This document shows positions 38,301 to 51,600 of a stretch of DNA of 64,000 nucleotides, in pieces. Under the pieces are notes generated by a model that was not told where the DNA came from, ran no database searches, and was given only the letters and a program-made list of their open reading frames with translations. The translations under genes were made by a program, and so were the position numbers. Source of the stretch: Octopus sinensis (Eukaryota). Location of the stretch: contig NC_043005.1 in the NCBI RefSeq assembly GCF_006345805.1, forward strand, positions 75,454,001 to 75,518,000, in the 5' to 3' direction. The number at the start of each line of letters is the position of its first letter. The stretch's first letter is position 1.

Positions 38301-39321
38301 TGTTATGAGTAGGTCAATTCAGGGACAGTGCTTGCGACTGACTTTTGTGAGTAAATCCTTTGTCCCGTCAGATTCAGGTGGATTGATGAGTTCTGGGGAG
38401 ACCTTCGACCCTTTTCAGGTGAAAGAAAGTTCGAGAAAAGACCCCTTTAAAAAGCAGGAGATGTGAGCCCATTAAACAGTCGGCCGGCAGCTCTAGCCAG
38501 AGACGGGACTGATACGAGGGCAGACAGTTGAGGACATAGCGAGTTAGTAACAGGTTGTTTCTGCGGTGACAGTGAACGTGAAAGAGGAAGACAGGCAGAG
38601 AAGATTAAGGAGCTGAGAAGGAACTGAGAGAGATTGCGGCGAGAGGGCATGGCGATTATGGTAGTAGTTTCTGAAATTGTTGCAGACGGGAAAGAACGTT
38701 CGGTAAAGTTTTGTTTGTGTTTTTTGGTTGTTGTATTTTGATGTGTTAAAAAAAAAAGAGAAAGAAGGAAAGAGGAAAAAGAAAGAACAGTGCTAAAGAG
38801 AAAAAGAAATGAGATTATAAAGAACATTGTGAATTGTGTTACAGAGTTGTTGATACGTGTTAAAGAAAGAGAAAGACTTTGATGTGATTTGAACATTGAA
38901 CTGTATCGTTAATGTAGAACTGATTTGTCTCTGAACTATAATGTGAACGTTAAAGTGATTTGAACTGTTGTCTCTGAACTGTATATTGTATCTGCATGCT
39001 TTAATTTGATTTGTTGTTTCCTTGCACGTATTTTCTTTGATTTATTTGATGTTGTAATAATTGTTACAAACTGTTTTTAAATGTAAGCCAAATTGCCTTC
39101 CGCCGTGTCTCTCTGTATCTCTTCCTCCTGTTGTTGTTGTTGTTATCTCCGGTCGCCGGTTGCCGGGTTCGCTGCCGCCTCCCCCCCCGCCGAATTCTCT
39201 CTCTCCCTGGGTCCGTGGCGAGTTCGCCGATCGATTGGGCCGGTAAATCGTCGTCGCTCGACTTGGTAGGGTCCCGGGTTTTTCCAAAGAGTTTGAGCGA
39301 CAGCAGGTGGATTTCGTAACA
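38301..39321. mobile_element. Solo LTR (1021 bp), probably Gypsy-type
   Basis: Begins TGTTATG, ends CGTAACA (imperfect terminal inverted repeat); 4-bp TSD ATAT on both sides; no ORF. Confidence 0.75.
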
Positions 39322-39407
39322 ATATAATCGTATATGTGTCCCATATGTCTATTCAATCAAGATTAACCAGCAGCAAAATCACTAGCAACAACAACTCATT
39401 AGAAATA

Positions 39408-39868
39408 GTGTTTTCTACTCTAGGCACAAAGCCTGAAATTTTGGGGGAGGGGCCAGTCTATAAGATCGACTCCAGTGCATAACTGGTACTTAATCTATTG
39501 ACCTCGAAGGATGAAAGGCAAAGCCAATCTTGGCACAATTTGAACTCAAAATGTAAAGACAGACAAAATACTGATAAGCATTTTGCCAGGCATGCTGTTT
39601 CTGCCAGCTTACTGCCTTAACTCATTAGAAATATTTATTTCTTTATTGCCTACAGGGGGCTAAACATAGAGGGGACAAATAAGGACAGGTAAAGTGATTA
39701 AGCCTATTACATCGGCCCCAGTGTGTAACTAGTACTTATTTAATCGACCCCGAAAAGATGAACGGCTAAGTTGACCTTGGTGGAATTTGAACTCAGAACG
39801 TAGTGGCAGACAAAATACTGCTAAGCATTTTGCCTGGCATGCTAATGTTTCTGCCAGCTCACTGCCTT
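39408..39868 (-). mobile_element. Two SINEs in tandem at one target site
   Basis: aactcattagaaata occurs before, between and after the two copies. Confidence 0.8.
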
Positions 39869-40659
39869 AACTCATTAGAAATATTACCACAAAAAGAGTT
39901 AAACAATTTAACAATACTCTACTCAAGTGGAGACAGAAAGAAGATTATCTCTACTTAAGATAGTTGTACTGTCAATCAAATATAGTCTTTTATGTATGAT
40001 AACCAGGCCACAGTTGTTTTGAAAACCTTTGTTAGCCTTAAGGTACACACAACCACTTGGAAAATATTTATGCATTGTCAGAAATATTTTTTGTCTTTTG
40101 TAGGAATTTTTGAATTTTTTTGCACTTCCTCACATTGATGGATTAAAGTAACTTTGCAGTTGTTAATCCTCTTAAATTGGTATTAGATGAAGGAAAGAAA
40201 TTATTACTAGCATAATCCTCAATTATGAAGGAGTTTCTTTGAAGTTGTTTTGACTTGCTAGAAATAGCAACCAAATCTTCTCAAATTACATGGTGCTGTC
40301 ATAAAAAGTAATTGAAGAATTTGGATAATCACATCTTTGTTGACATTGGTTTCATTTTTAAGCATTGGCACAGCTGTGTGGTTAAGAAACTTGCATTGCA
40401 GCCAGGTGGTTTTGAGTTCAGTCCCACTGCAGAGTACCTTCAGTGAGTGTCTTCTGCTATTGTACTGGGCCCATCAATGTCTTGTCAGTGAATTTGGTAG
40501 ATGGAATATATATATATAATGTAAAGGAATAGGGATTTTGAAACCAGGCAGGTACCTTATAAGCACTTTAGTATAATCCAGATTCTGGCTAGCCACATCA
40601 AATAATATATAAAAAAGGCAAAGTTACCTTCTTGAGTCATATTGACTCATAAGAGCTGG

Positions 40660-40697
<38 letters not shown>

Positions 40698-40969
40698 TAA
40701 TAAAAGGAATTCCGACCTTGTCTGATTTTCACGTTTTTACAATCTTATAATGATATAAGATAATATAATAAAATAAAATAAAATAATAGAATGTTAAATG
40801 TTCATTCTGATTGAACTAGTACTTACATGCATTAAATTCTGCAATCTTCAGGTTCATGTAGTAGTGGTGACAGTCATGCTTCACAATTTTTGACTGTAGC
40901 GAGATAATTGAATCTGTGCTTTAAGTACATATATATATACATAAAATATAATATATATATATATATAAA

Positions 40970-41300
40970 GGAGCACTCCGTCAGTTACAATGACGAGGGT
41001 CCCAGCTGATATGATCAACGGAACAGCCTGCTCATGAAATTAACATGCAAGTGACTGAGCAATCCACAGACATGCGTATCCCTAATGTAGTTCCCCAGGG
41101 AGATCCAGCGTGACACAGAGTGTGACAAGGCCAGCCCTTTGAAATACAGGTACAACTCATTTTTGTCAGCTGAGTGGACTGGAGCAATGTGAAATAAAGT
41201 GTCTTGCTCAAGGACACAACGCTTCGCTGGGAATTGAACTCATGACCTTACAATCATGAGCCGAATGCTGAATGCCCTAACCACTAAACCACGTGCCTTC
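40970..41300 (-). mobile_element. tRNA-derived SINE, family Y (CORE-like middle, family X tail)
   Basis: ccttgagcaagacactttatttcacattgctccag domain joined to the tail of 9556. Confidence 0.85.
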
Positions 41301-41319
41301 ATATATTTATATATATATA

Positions 41320-41350
<31 letters not shown>

Positions 41351-41599
41351 GATGAGTGTATTTTACCTTGTTAACATTTAACACGGATAAATGAATGAAT
41401 AGTTACCAGGACAGCAAAAATCTCACAAGTAAAGATGTTGTAACTCCTTGTTTATAAAGGAACCACATTAAATATCATCACTATTATATTGTTTATAAAG
41501 AAAAAATACTTGTTTAAACCTGCATTAACTCCATTTTTTATTCCTATATATATATATATATAATATATATATATATATTTATTTATCTCTATATATAAT

Positions 41600-41945
41600 T
41601 ATAATTAAGGGCATAAAAAAAATTCTTGCCTATATGCTGAAAGGAGACACTAAATCTTTGAACTACATTAAATATCATCATTATTATTATTACACACATG
41701 TCAAAAAGCGAGGGAGTAAGCTAACAGGAATTCATGAAATTGAGTTAACTGTGGAGCAGACCAATTTGTGGATTAACCCAAAGGTTTAACCCAGTTATCC
41801 AGAGATAACTCAATTTTATGAATTTTCATTAGCTTGCTCCCTCGCTTTTTGACATGTGTGTAATAGTAATAGTGATGATATTTAATGTGGTTCAATGATT
41901 TAGTATCTCCTTTCAGCAAGAATTTTTTCTGTGCTCTTAATTCTA
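41600..41945. repeat. ~345 bp foldback inverted repeat
   Basis: ttaagggcat..ttcttgc..gctgaaaggagacactaaatc..catgtcaaaaagcgagggag mirrored at 41830-41940. Confidence 0.8.
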
Positions 41946-42179
41946 ATTGCATTTATGATTTCATCTTAATAGGGCTGTTTCTTTATATGTTGGCCACTGA
42001 TAAAAGTTTTAACGATTTTATCCTCTTATATTACAATTATGTATACATATATACATATACTACTCACACAAACACAATTACACACACACAGATACTACCA
42101 AACACACACACAGATATTACCACACACACACACACAGGTGCACACCATCTTCACACTCTCCTGTTCCATAAAAAAACCA

Positions 42180-42620
42180 CTTTCTCTATCTATTTCTACT
42201 TCTGGTCACTTCATATTTCTTTATTGCCAACAAGGGGCTAAACATACAGGGGACAAACAAGGACAGACAAAGGGATTAAGTTGATTACATCGACTCCAGT
42301 GCATAACTGGTACTTAATTTATCGACCCCGAAAAGATGAAAGGCAAAGTCGACCTTGGCAGAATTTGAACTCAGAACATAATGGCAGATGAAATACCTAT
42401 TTCTTTATTACCCACAAGGGGCTAAACACAGAGGGGACAAACAAGGACAGACATAGGTATTAAGTCGATTACATCGACCCCAGTGCGTAACTGGTACTTA
42501 ATTTATCGACCCCGAAAGGATGAAAGGCAAAGTCGACCTCAGCGGAATTTGAACTCACAACGTAACGCAGACGAAATACTGTTAAGCATTTTGTTCGGTG
42601 TGCTAACGTTTCTGTCCAGC
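42180..42620 (-). mobile_element. Nested/tandem SINE copies (ggtgagctggcag family)
   Basis: Repeated ggggacaaacaaggacagac...gtcgacc...tttgaactca blocks. Confidence 0.8.
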
Positions 42621-42942
42621 AATGTAACAACACATGTGCTATTGGCAATTTCTTTTCCTTCTTTGGACTTTTCCCTTTCTTCTTTCTGTCAAAGAGCTAT
42701 GCTTGAAATGTCTAACTCTCTCCTTTCACTGAGCACCAAGCTAATACATTTCTTATGTGTGTCTTCATATTGTCCATAATTATTCATTTATTTGGATTGT
42801 TTGTTTATTTGAAAGGCAGATACTGGTGTCATGCACCTGGCACCCATGCCAGTGGCACGTAAAAGCATCCATTATACTCTGTAAAGTGGTCGGTGTTAGG
42901 AAATGTTAAATGATGATGATTATGATTTATATTATATATATA

Positions 42943-43341
42943 GGCGCAGGAGTGGCTGTGTGGTGAGTAGCTTGTTTACCAACCACATCGTTCGGGGTTC
43001 AGTGCCACTGTGTGGCACCTTGGGCAGGTGTCTTCTACTATAGCCTCGGCCGACCAATGCCTTGTGAGTGGATTTGGTAGACGGAAACTGAAAGAAGCCC
43101 ATCGTATATATGTATATATATATTTATGCGTGTGTGTTTTTGTGTGTCTGTGTTTGTCCCCCTAGCATTGCTTGACAACCGATGCTGGTGTGTTTATGTC
43201 CCCGTTACTTAGCGGTTCGGCAAAAGAGACCGATAGAATAAGTACTGGGCTTACAAAGGAATAAGTCCCGGAGTCGAGTTGCTTGATTAAAGGCGGTGCT
43301 CCAGCATGGCCGCAGTCAAATGACTGAAACTAGTAAAAGAG
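42943..43341 (+). mobile_element. tRNA-derived SINE (11451 family), full length
   Basis: Full-length match. Confidence 0.9.
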
Positions 43342-43366
43342 TAATATATATATGTGTGTGTGTGTG

Positions 43367-43404
<38 letters not shown>

Positions 43405-44399
43405 CATATACGTACATACATATATATATATATATATATGCATATGTGTTTATATATGTGTGTTTGAATGTGTATATGTTTGTATCTCCTTGTCTTGACA
43501 TTGTATGCTAAGTGTAAATAGGTGTCATTGTTGTATAAACTGTATCATTAATTTCCAATAATCTGCTAGAAAATGTCTGGCCATGGGGTAAACATAAAGC
43601 TGGTGACATGAAGGGAATCAAGGTAAAGAAAATCTGCCACAATTCAAACCATGCAAGCATGGCAAAGTGGACATTTAAACAATGATGATGGTAAACCATG
43701 ATAATTCTAAATAAGCCACAAAGTATAGAACGTTTATGAATTAAAATTTCTTCCATCATACGTTTTGTAATTATAGGTAGCTTGAGACTAATCAAGAAGA
43801 CCAACAAAAACAACAGTGACAATAACAACCACAACAACATTTGTTTCATAATATTTTAGCTTGAAAAAGTGAATTCTTTTATGTATCTCTGGGATTTGAT
43901 TTGGAGTAGTATCTAACTTTCTGTGCTAAAACAATATATTACAAGTGACTCATGGAGAGGTTGGCGTTAGGAAGGGCATCCAGCTGTAGAAACACTGCCA
44001 GATCAGACTGGAGCCTGTCCAACCCGTGCTAGTAAGATGATGATGATGATGATGATGATTTTTCTGGAAGCCCTGGTATTTAACTATTCTAAACAGCTTG
44101 TTGATCTGAGATATGTAGAATAAAAAATATCTGACTCAGAGACACAACAAAATGCCTGAAGTGGATTGGAACTGAAAACCTATGAGCTGGTAGATCTCTA
44201 CTTTATCTACTCATCTATAGTTTGCCTCTCTTATACACACACAACCCTCCCTCCCGACCAAAAGAAAAATCCATGTCCATTTTTACTCATAATGGTTGAA
44301 TGGTAAACTCTATTAGTCTGGCATTGAGTAATCTAATTTTTTACATATGACAATCACTAACATATGCTCTCTCTCTCTCTCTCCCTCACTCTGAATATG

Positions 44400-44450
<51 letters not shown>

Positions 44451-44550
44451 GTATATGATGTATATGTATTATATATATATATATATAATATGATATAATA
44501 TAATATAATATAATATAATATATATAATATAATATAATATAATATATATA

Positions 44551-44597
<47 letters not shown>

Positions 44598-44607
44598 ATA
44601 TTCTTTT

Positions 44608-45031
44608 ATTCTTTTACTTGCTTCAGTCATTTGATTGTGGCCATGCTGGAGTGCCACCTTTAGTTGAACAAATTGACTCCAGGACTTATTCTTTGTAAGC
44701 CTAGCACTTATTCTATTGGTCTCTGTTGCCGAACCACTAAGTTACAGGGGACATAAACATACCAACATCGGTTGTCAAGCAACGGTGGGCGGACAAACAC
44801 AGATACACAAATACATGCACACACACACACACACACACACATGCATACATACATACATACATACATATATATATACACACATATATATATATGAAGGGCT
44901 CCTTTCAGTTTCTGTCTACCAGATCCACTCACAAGACTTTGGTCGGCCCAAGGCTATCGTAGAAGACACTTGCCCAAGGTGCCACACAGTGGGACTGTGC
45001 CCAGAAGGATGTGGTTTGGAAGCAAGCTGCT

Positions 45032-45035
<4 letters not shown>
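44608..45035 (-). mobile_element. tRNA-derived SINE (11451 family)
   Basis: Reverse complement match. Confidence 0.85.
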
Positions 45036-45075
<40 letters not shown>

Positions 45076-45726
45076 CACAAAACACTCACACATACATGTA
45101 GATACACCCAAGCACACACATATATATTAAGAAAAAGGCAGAATTTTCTGTAATTATTTATTTAGTGCTTTCATCCTGTTTCAGAGATTCATTCCTGATG
45201 TATCTCTGAGACGGTATGAAAGCACTAAATAAATAATTATCCAAAATTATGACTACCTCCTTTTTCTTAATAGATAAAATCTGTACATCGCATCAAACAA
45301 TCTATACACACATACATACATACATACATACACACAAATACATACATACATACAAACATACATGTCCAATAACACTATACTTGTTCCACGTCCTTGTGTT
45401 GTTGTGTTTTCTCTTTGTTCATGTTTGGACTAACTACATATATCATCATCATCATCATCATCATCGTTTAACGTCCGTTTTCCATGCTAGCATGGGTTGG
45501 ACGGTTCGACTGGGGTTTGGGTAGCCAGGAGGCTGCACCAGGCTCCAGTCTGATCTGGCAGTGTCTCTACGACTGGATGCCCTTCCTAACGCCGGGTGCC
45601 TTTTACATGCCGCCAGCACAGGGGCCAGGGGAGGCTGGCAAATGGCCACGATCTGTTGGTGCTTTTACGTGTCACCGACACAGACGCCAACATACATACA
45701 CATATGCATATTTATGTATGTGTGTG

Positions 45727-45758
<32 letters not shown>

Positions 45759-45774
45759 ATATATATAGTTAATC

Positions 45775-46170
45775 CAAACAAGAAAGCACAAAAAAACACA
45801 ACAACGCGAGGACGTGGAACAAATATAGTATTATTGGACGCTCAGGAAAGAAGAATAGAAGGAGGGTTTAACGTTTCAAGTGAAGCTCTTCGTCGGAAAC
45901 ATAAGAGAAGGAAAGATCCAGAGAAGGGAAGACAGAGGAAAAAAAATCGCGAACGGTATACACGAGGTCACATTTGAAAGCACAAAAGAACACAACAACG
46001 CGAGGACGTGGAACAAATATAGTATTATTGGACGCTCAGGAATGAAGGAAAGAAGGAGGGTTTAACGTTTCGAGCAGAGCTCTTCGTCAGAAATATAGGA
46101 GAAGGAAAGATCCAGAGAAGGGAAGACAGAGGAAAAAAAATCGCCAATGGTACACACGAGGTCACATATG
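45775..46170 (-). repeat. Two tandem ~192 bp Penelope pLTR-like units (family E), each with a minimal hammerhead
   Basis: Minus strand gttt CCGACGA a.. GAAA cg tt aaac at 45866-45900 and ttt CTGACGA a gagc-tct-gctc GAAA cg tt aaa at 46060-46094; an inverted partial copy lies at 45364-45430. Confidence 0.7.
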
Positions 46171-48159
46171 TATGTATGTATGTATTTATGTATTTATTAT
46201 TAATTTTATTACTCTTTTACAAGAATAGTTTTGACAGTGACTTCAAAGTTTCAGCCTGCTGGCCACCATTGAACTGTGATGTTATAATTCAGCATCATCA
46301 TTTAACCTCCACTCTTTCTGGCTTGGACAGCTTTTATTGAGGTAGGTTTTCTACAGCTGGATTCCCTTCCTGTCACCAACCATGACTTGTTTCCGAGTAA
46401 GGTAATATTTCCCCATGACCTGACATGTTTTCATGGCAGATTGAAAATGAAGTACACCACTTGTATGACAGTGGCACTTGCTTACAACTATCATGTAATG
46501 CTAAAAACAAAAAAAAATTGTGACATACAAACATGCTTACATGCATGCATACATACATACATACATACATACATACATGCATACATAAATGTAAATATTT
46601 TGAGGCTTCTTTTAGTTTCCACCTACCAATTTCACACACAAGACTTTTGGTCAGCCTAGGGGTATAGTAGAAGATGCTTGCCTGAGGTGCCATGCAGTGG
46701 GACTGAACCCTAAACCATGTGGTTAAGAAGCAAACTACCTACCACACAGCTATCCATAGATCCATATATATATATATCTTTATATATATGTATATATATC
46801 TATATCTATAAAAGAGAATTTGTGTGTGTGTGCATATGTTCCTTATGCATTCCAAAACCAAGTTGCTGATTTTGATGTATTGGGTATCAACATATTTAAT
46901 AAGCTTTCAGCTACCAACTAAACTGTATTTTCATTCACAAAAATTTAACATGATAATTTTTATTTTAGTCACCTATCGTAAATAGCATTTTATACCACCA
47001 CCACAACAAAAATGACGTCACATTTTCTATATGTGTGTGTTCGTGTGTCTGTTACGTATGTTAGACCAATGACTGGCAAGTATATGTGTGTGACAGTGTA
47101 TGTGTCTGTCAGTATGCATACATTTTTGTGATAACTGACACACACACATCTAAAGACAGAGACAGGCACACACAGGGACAGAGATTGGCTTGAGGTGTGC
47201 ATTAATGTATGTCTGTGTGTGTTTGTGTGCATGTATGTGTATCTTAGTATATGTAAGTAACTTTACCCTCCCTCCCCCAACCCAACAGTGAAATGCACCA
47301 GTTTTGAAACAGTTTAGTTTAGTTGCAGCTTGGACTTTAAAAGAACAACAGTGTTCACCTTGAAGTACTACCAAGATTTGGCTGATTTAACAGCACCCAC
47401 AATTCTCACAAATATATCTGAAAAAAAAATGTTATTCTGATTATTATAACAAATTCGGAAGCTTGGTGAAGTAGAAAGCCTTAGCAGCTCTTGCAATATA
47501 ACAGAAACGTTATTCCACTCCTTCTAACCAGTTTGATAATGCCTTTTTAACAGTCCTTATCACATTCTTCCTATGCTTTTTCATTGCTGTGATTTCAACA
47601 CTGCACAACCTTTTTACTGCATTAGTCAGTATTTATTCTACAGCCTATAACATTACACAGTTAAAAGAAATAATAATGTCAAATTAATTTATATCTTACT
47701 ACATACATCCTTCATCAAATGTTTTAAATTAACAATCACAACAGTAGCATATTCCCTTCTATACACTTTGTTCAGTGTTCATTTCAAAATTGTAAAATGA
47801 ATTATTTTTGTATGAAAAATTGAATTATGCCATCTGAATTTTCTTGGACTTCCACTTTCTTCACTGTGACATTCATTCAATTGTGAATTTTATAGCATTT
47901 AGTACATGCTCCAGATAAATGTTGACTTTCTGTACTTTGTTACATAGGTGACACATAGTAACTTTTGCTAAATCGGTGACTTTCCACTATTTTATAGCAT
48001 AACTATGCTACACAAAGTATGTTTTGTACCTATATTGACTACATTTCATTTCGCTTGAACTTTGTGTGTGTACGTTTTGCTGTTTTCAGTATTATCAATT
48101 CTATGAGTGTGTATGTGTCTGTGAGTGTGTGTGTGTTTCTGCATTTGTTACATCTATAG

Positions 48160-48420
48160 TAAACTATAGTAAAGAACATTTTAATGTTCCCACATCTAAT
48201 GAAGTAGCCATCATTATGGTTGGTGATTCCTATGAAAATCATGATATTCTCATTCGTGTTCGAAATAACAACCTTAAACGTGTTTCACAGACTCATCCTT
48301 CTTATGATGCTCTCCAGTATCCTCTTATTCTGTGGAATGGAGAAGATGGGTGTAATTTCAATATTCCACAGATTGAACCTGCAACAAGAGAGCCAATTGC
48401 AAATGACCTCCATTCTTACC
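48160..48420 (+). pseudogene. Helitron Rep/helicase fragment
   Basis: FNVPTSNEVAIIMVGD..HDILIR..LKRVSQTHPSYDALQYPLILWNGEDG, a typical Helitron RepHel N-terminal motif. Confidence 0.8.
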
Positions 48421-49051
48421 AACTGTTGTTAAGACCAGAACAATCAAATCAATTACACATGTTAAATAAACTTTATTTTCATTTACATATTTTCATATAT
48501 GTATTATCATACACACACATCATCTCAACAACCAGCTATAGTTATTTGAAATACACTTCACTACAATGACCAGGTTTCATTAGAAAGTGAAAATAGTTAA
48601 ACACTTTCAATTTGAACTAAAATTACAAAGTTATTGGATTACAAAGAGTGACAATGTGTGAATAATGAAAGTAATGTTTCTCCGAATTAGTCACATCTGT
48701 ATAGTATAATAAAGAAAACTGCTTATTATCTATCTACCAAATAAACTATGGGTCGCACAATTTTGAGGTCATTTTCAGATGATATTTCGATTTGCTTCCA
48801 ATATGTCACTTTCATCTGGTGTTTCACACAAGCATAGAATTCTACTCAGACAAACATTAATGAAAATGTGCACAGATATTGTATTAAAATAAGCCACAAC
48901 CCCCAAAATTGCATTAAAAGACATCCATTTCTCTATATGTTATGAGGAAATACAGTCACACACACACACACACACACTCTCTCTCTCTCTTTCTCTCGGT
49001 TTTCATTCTTAAGGTATCTTTCAATGTTGTTGTTGTTATTGTTTTTATTAT

Positions 49052-49132
49052 TATTATTATTCAGGTCACTGCCTGGAATCGAACTCGGAATCGTGGGGTT
49101 AGTAGCCCACACTCTTAACCACTATGCCACTG
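49052..49132 (-). mobile_element. Very short tRNA-derived retroposon with (AAT)n tail
   Basis: Minus: tggcatagtggttaagagtgtgggctactaacccc..gagttcgattccaggcag then aataataat. Confidence 0.6.
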
Positions 49133-50068
49133 GGTAATTATGGAGTGAATTTTAGGGCTTATAAATCTAATATTTTCCTATCCTTCCTTATTGTAAATAA
49201 TGTACATAATTCCTCATCTCTTAAATATGGAACTGTACTTTCACAATACTTTTTCTCCCTCTCCACACTAAATTCATTTTTCACTTTTTTCACATTCTTT
49301 TTCTTGGTTATCCATGGGGAAAAAACAGTATGAATCTTTAAGAATTTTACCCAAAACTTCAACACTTTCAAAAAGCAACATACCTCCAAAGTTTCACTTT
49401 TAGCTTTTTGGAAAGTGAGGAAGTTTCTTCAGAAATAATGTCATTTACCTGTTGTTTCTAGCATGTTGTGATTTCTGGTGGTGGTCTGGTATTTTTTACG
49501 TCTGCTACTTCAGCAGAATTCCATGCATGCGAGAAACATCAAACAAAAGTGAAAGATTGGGAGATTTTAGCTTTTTGAAAGTCGGTAGGTAATGGGTGGG
49601 CAAGGTGGGGGAAGGGGCATTGAATATGTTTCTTTAAGAAAAATTAAACTATAAAAAAATATATAGATTTACCAGATTCGTAATCTCTGTACTTTTCTAT
49701 GTAGATGACAAAAAAAATTTGGATAAAGTTACAAATTAAGAAATTGCGGTGGGGATGGAGGGAAATTAAAATTTGTAAACATAATTTCTGAATGAAATCA
49801 TATTAACCTCCTTTTATACAATGAAACAATACATAGTTGCTGATCCTTTTGAAGAACAGAAAGCATTTTCATGCAAACCCATGCAAATTATACCCTCCTC
49901 CTTCACTTTTAAACAAACAATGACTTCCATTATGCCATTAACCATTTATCAGCTCTGCAAATTCTGCCTATAAGGAAGAAGCAAATAATACAATGTGTCT
50001 GGAAGTCATAACACCCTGGCAACGCCGGGATGCATTGCTAGTAAATACATATACATACACACACACAC

Positions 50069-50182
<114 letters not shown>

Positions 50183-50589
50183 AAGAGAGAGAAAGACAGA
50201 GAGAGAGAGTGACATGCACGTCTGTATGTGTGTGTTTGCATATAGTAATGTAAGAGTGAAGTGCAGTCCATGAAATTACGTCTCATGTCAAAAGACGATT
50301 TAACCGTTTGATAAATAAAGATCAATAAAATAACCACTGAGGTCAATAGGAACGATTAGAAGGAAGAAGGAAAAAAAAACATGCTCTTGAATATGGTGCC
50401 ACAGCGTAACCACAGTTCAATGAGTGAAAGCATTTAAAGAATAAGAGAATTCTATTTAATGACTGAAGCTTGTTAGTGTCTGAATATGAAGACGTTTTTA
50501 AGAACTGCCCAAACCTGTTGGCTTAGTTCATTGGTTATGAAATGTTACTGACCTTTTACATTTTAAGCTTCAACATTAACTTCTTAAAT

Positions 50590-50652
50590 AGAAAGGAAAA
50601 CAGCTCAATCCAGTAATATGTAAAATAGGACAAGGTCTTCCTTTCTTTCTAT

Positions 50653-50688
<36 letters not shown>

Positions 50689-51600
50689 GTTTCTTTCTCT
50701 CTGTTTCTTTCTTTCTTTCTTTCTTTCTTTCTCCCTTTCTTTTGTTTTTTCTTTTCTCTTCTCTCTTTTTTTTCTTTCTTTCTTTCTTTTTTCTCCCTTT
50801 CTTTCTTTCCTTCGTTCTTTCTTCCTTTCCTTCTTTGTCTTTCTTTCTCACTTTCTTTCTTTCTTTCTTCCTTTCCTTCTTTCTCCCTTTCTTTCTTTCT
50901 TTCTTTCTCCCTTTCTTTCTTTCCTTCTTTATGTCTTTCTTTCTTTCTCCCTTTCTTTCTTTCCTTCTTTATGTCTTTCTTACTTTCTCCTTTTCTTTCT
51001 TCCTTTCTTTCATACTTTCTTTCTCTCTTTCTTTCATTCTTTCATTCGTTCTTTCTTTCTCTCTCTTTCTTTTGTCCTTTCTTTCTTTCTTTCTTTCTCT
51101 TTCTTTTGTCCTTTCTTTCTTTTTATGTCTTTCTTTCTTTTGTCCTTTCTTTCTTTTTATGTCTTTCTTTCTTTTGTCCTTTCTTTCTTTTTTATGTCTT
51201 TCTTTCTTTTGTCCTTTCTTTCTTTTTTATGTCTTTCTTTCTTTCTCTTTCTTTCATCCTTTCTTTCTTTTTATGTCTTTCTTTCTTTTGTCCTTTCTTT
51301 CTTTTTTATGTCTCTCTTTCTTTCATTCTTCTGCTCCTCACCCTCTCTTCTAAACCTTTCTTTTCCTCATTTTTTTCCTTGTTTTCCAGTCTGTCTATCC
51401 ATCTAACTCTTCCCTTTCCCTCTCCCTCTCCTTCCCTTGCACCATTCTGTCCAACTGCCTTTCTGTCTGTCTGTCTGTCTCTGTCTTTGTTTCTCTTTCA
51501 CTCCTGCATTTATTTCTTTTGCTATTTCTCTCTTGTTCTCCTGTCTGCTTCTCTATATCTCTCTCTTTCATATATCATCATCATCATCATCATCATCATT
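50590..51600. repeat. (CTTT)n/(CT)n polypyrimidine tract
   Basis: Low complexity with recurrent ttttgtcctttctttc..ttatgtc units. Confidence 0.95.

Noticed and set aside
47330-47670. Exon-like segments on the minus strand (AG acceptors; peptide ILTNAVKRLCSVEITAMKKHRKNVIRTVKK)
   Set aside because: In-frame stops in all frames and no recognisable family without a database search.
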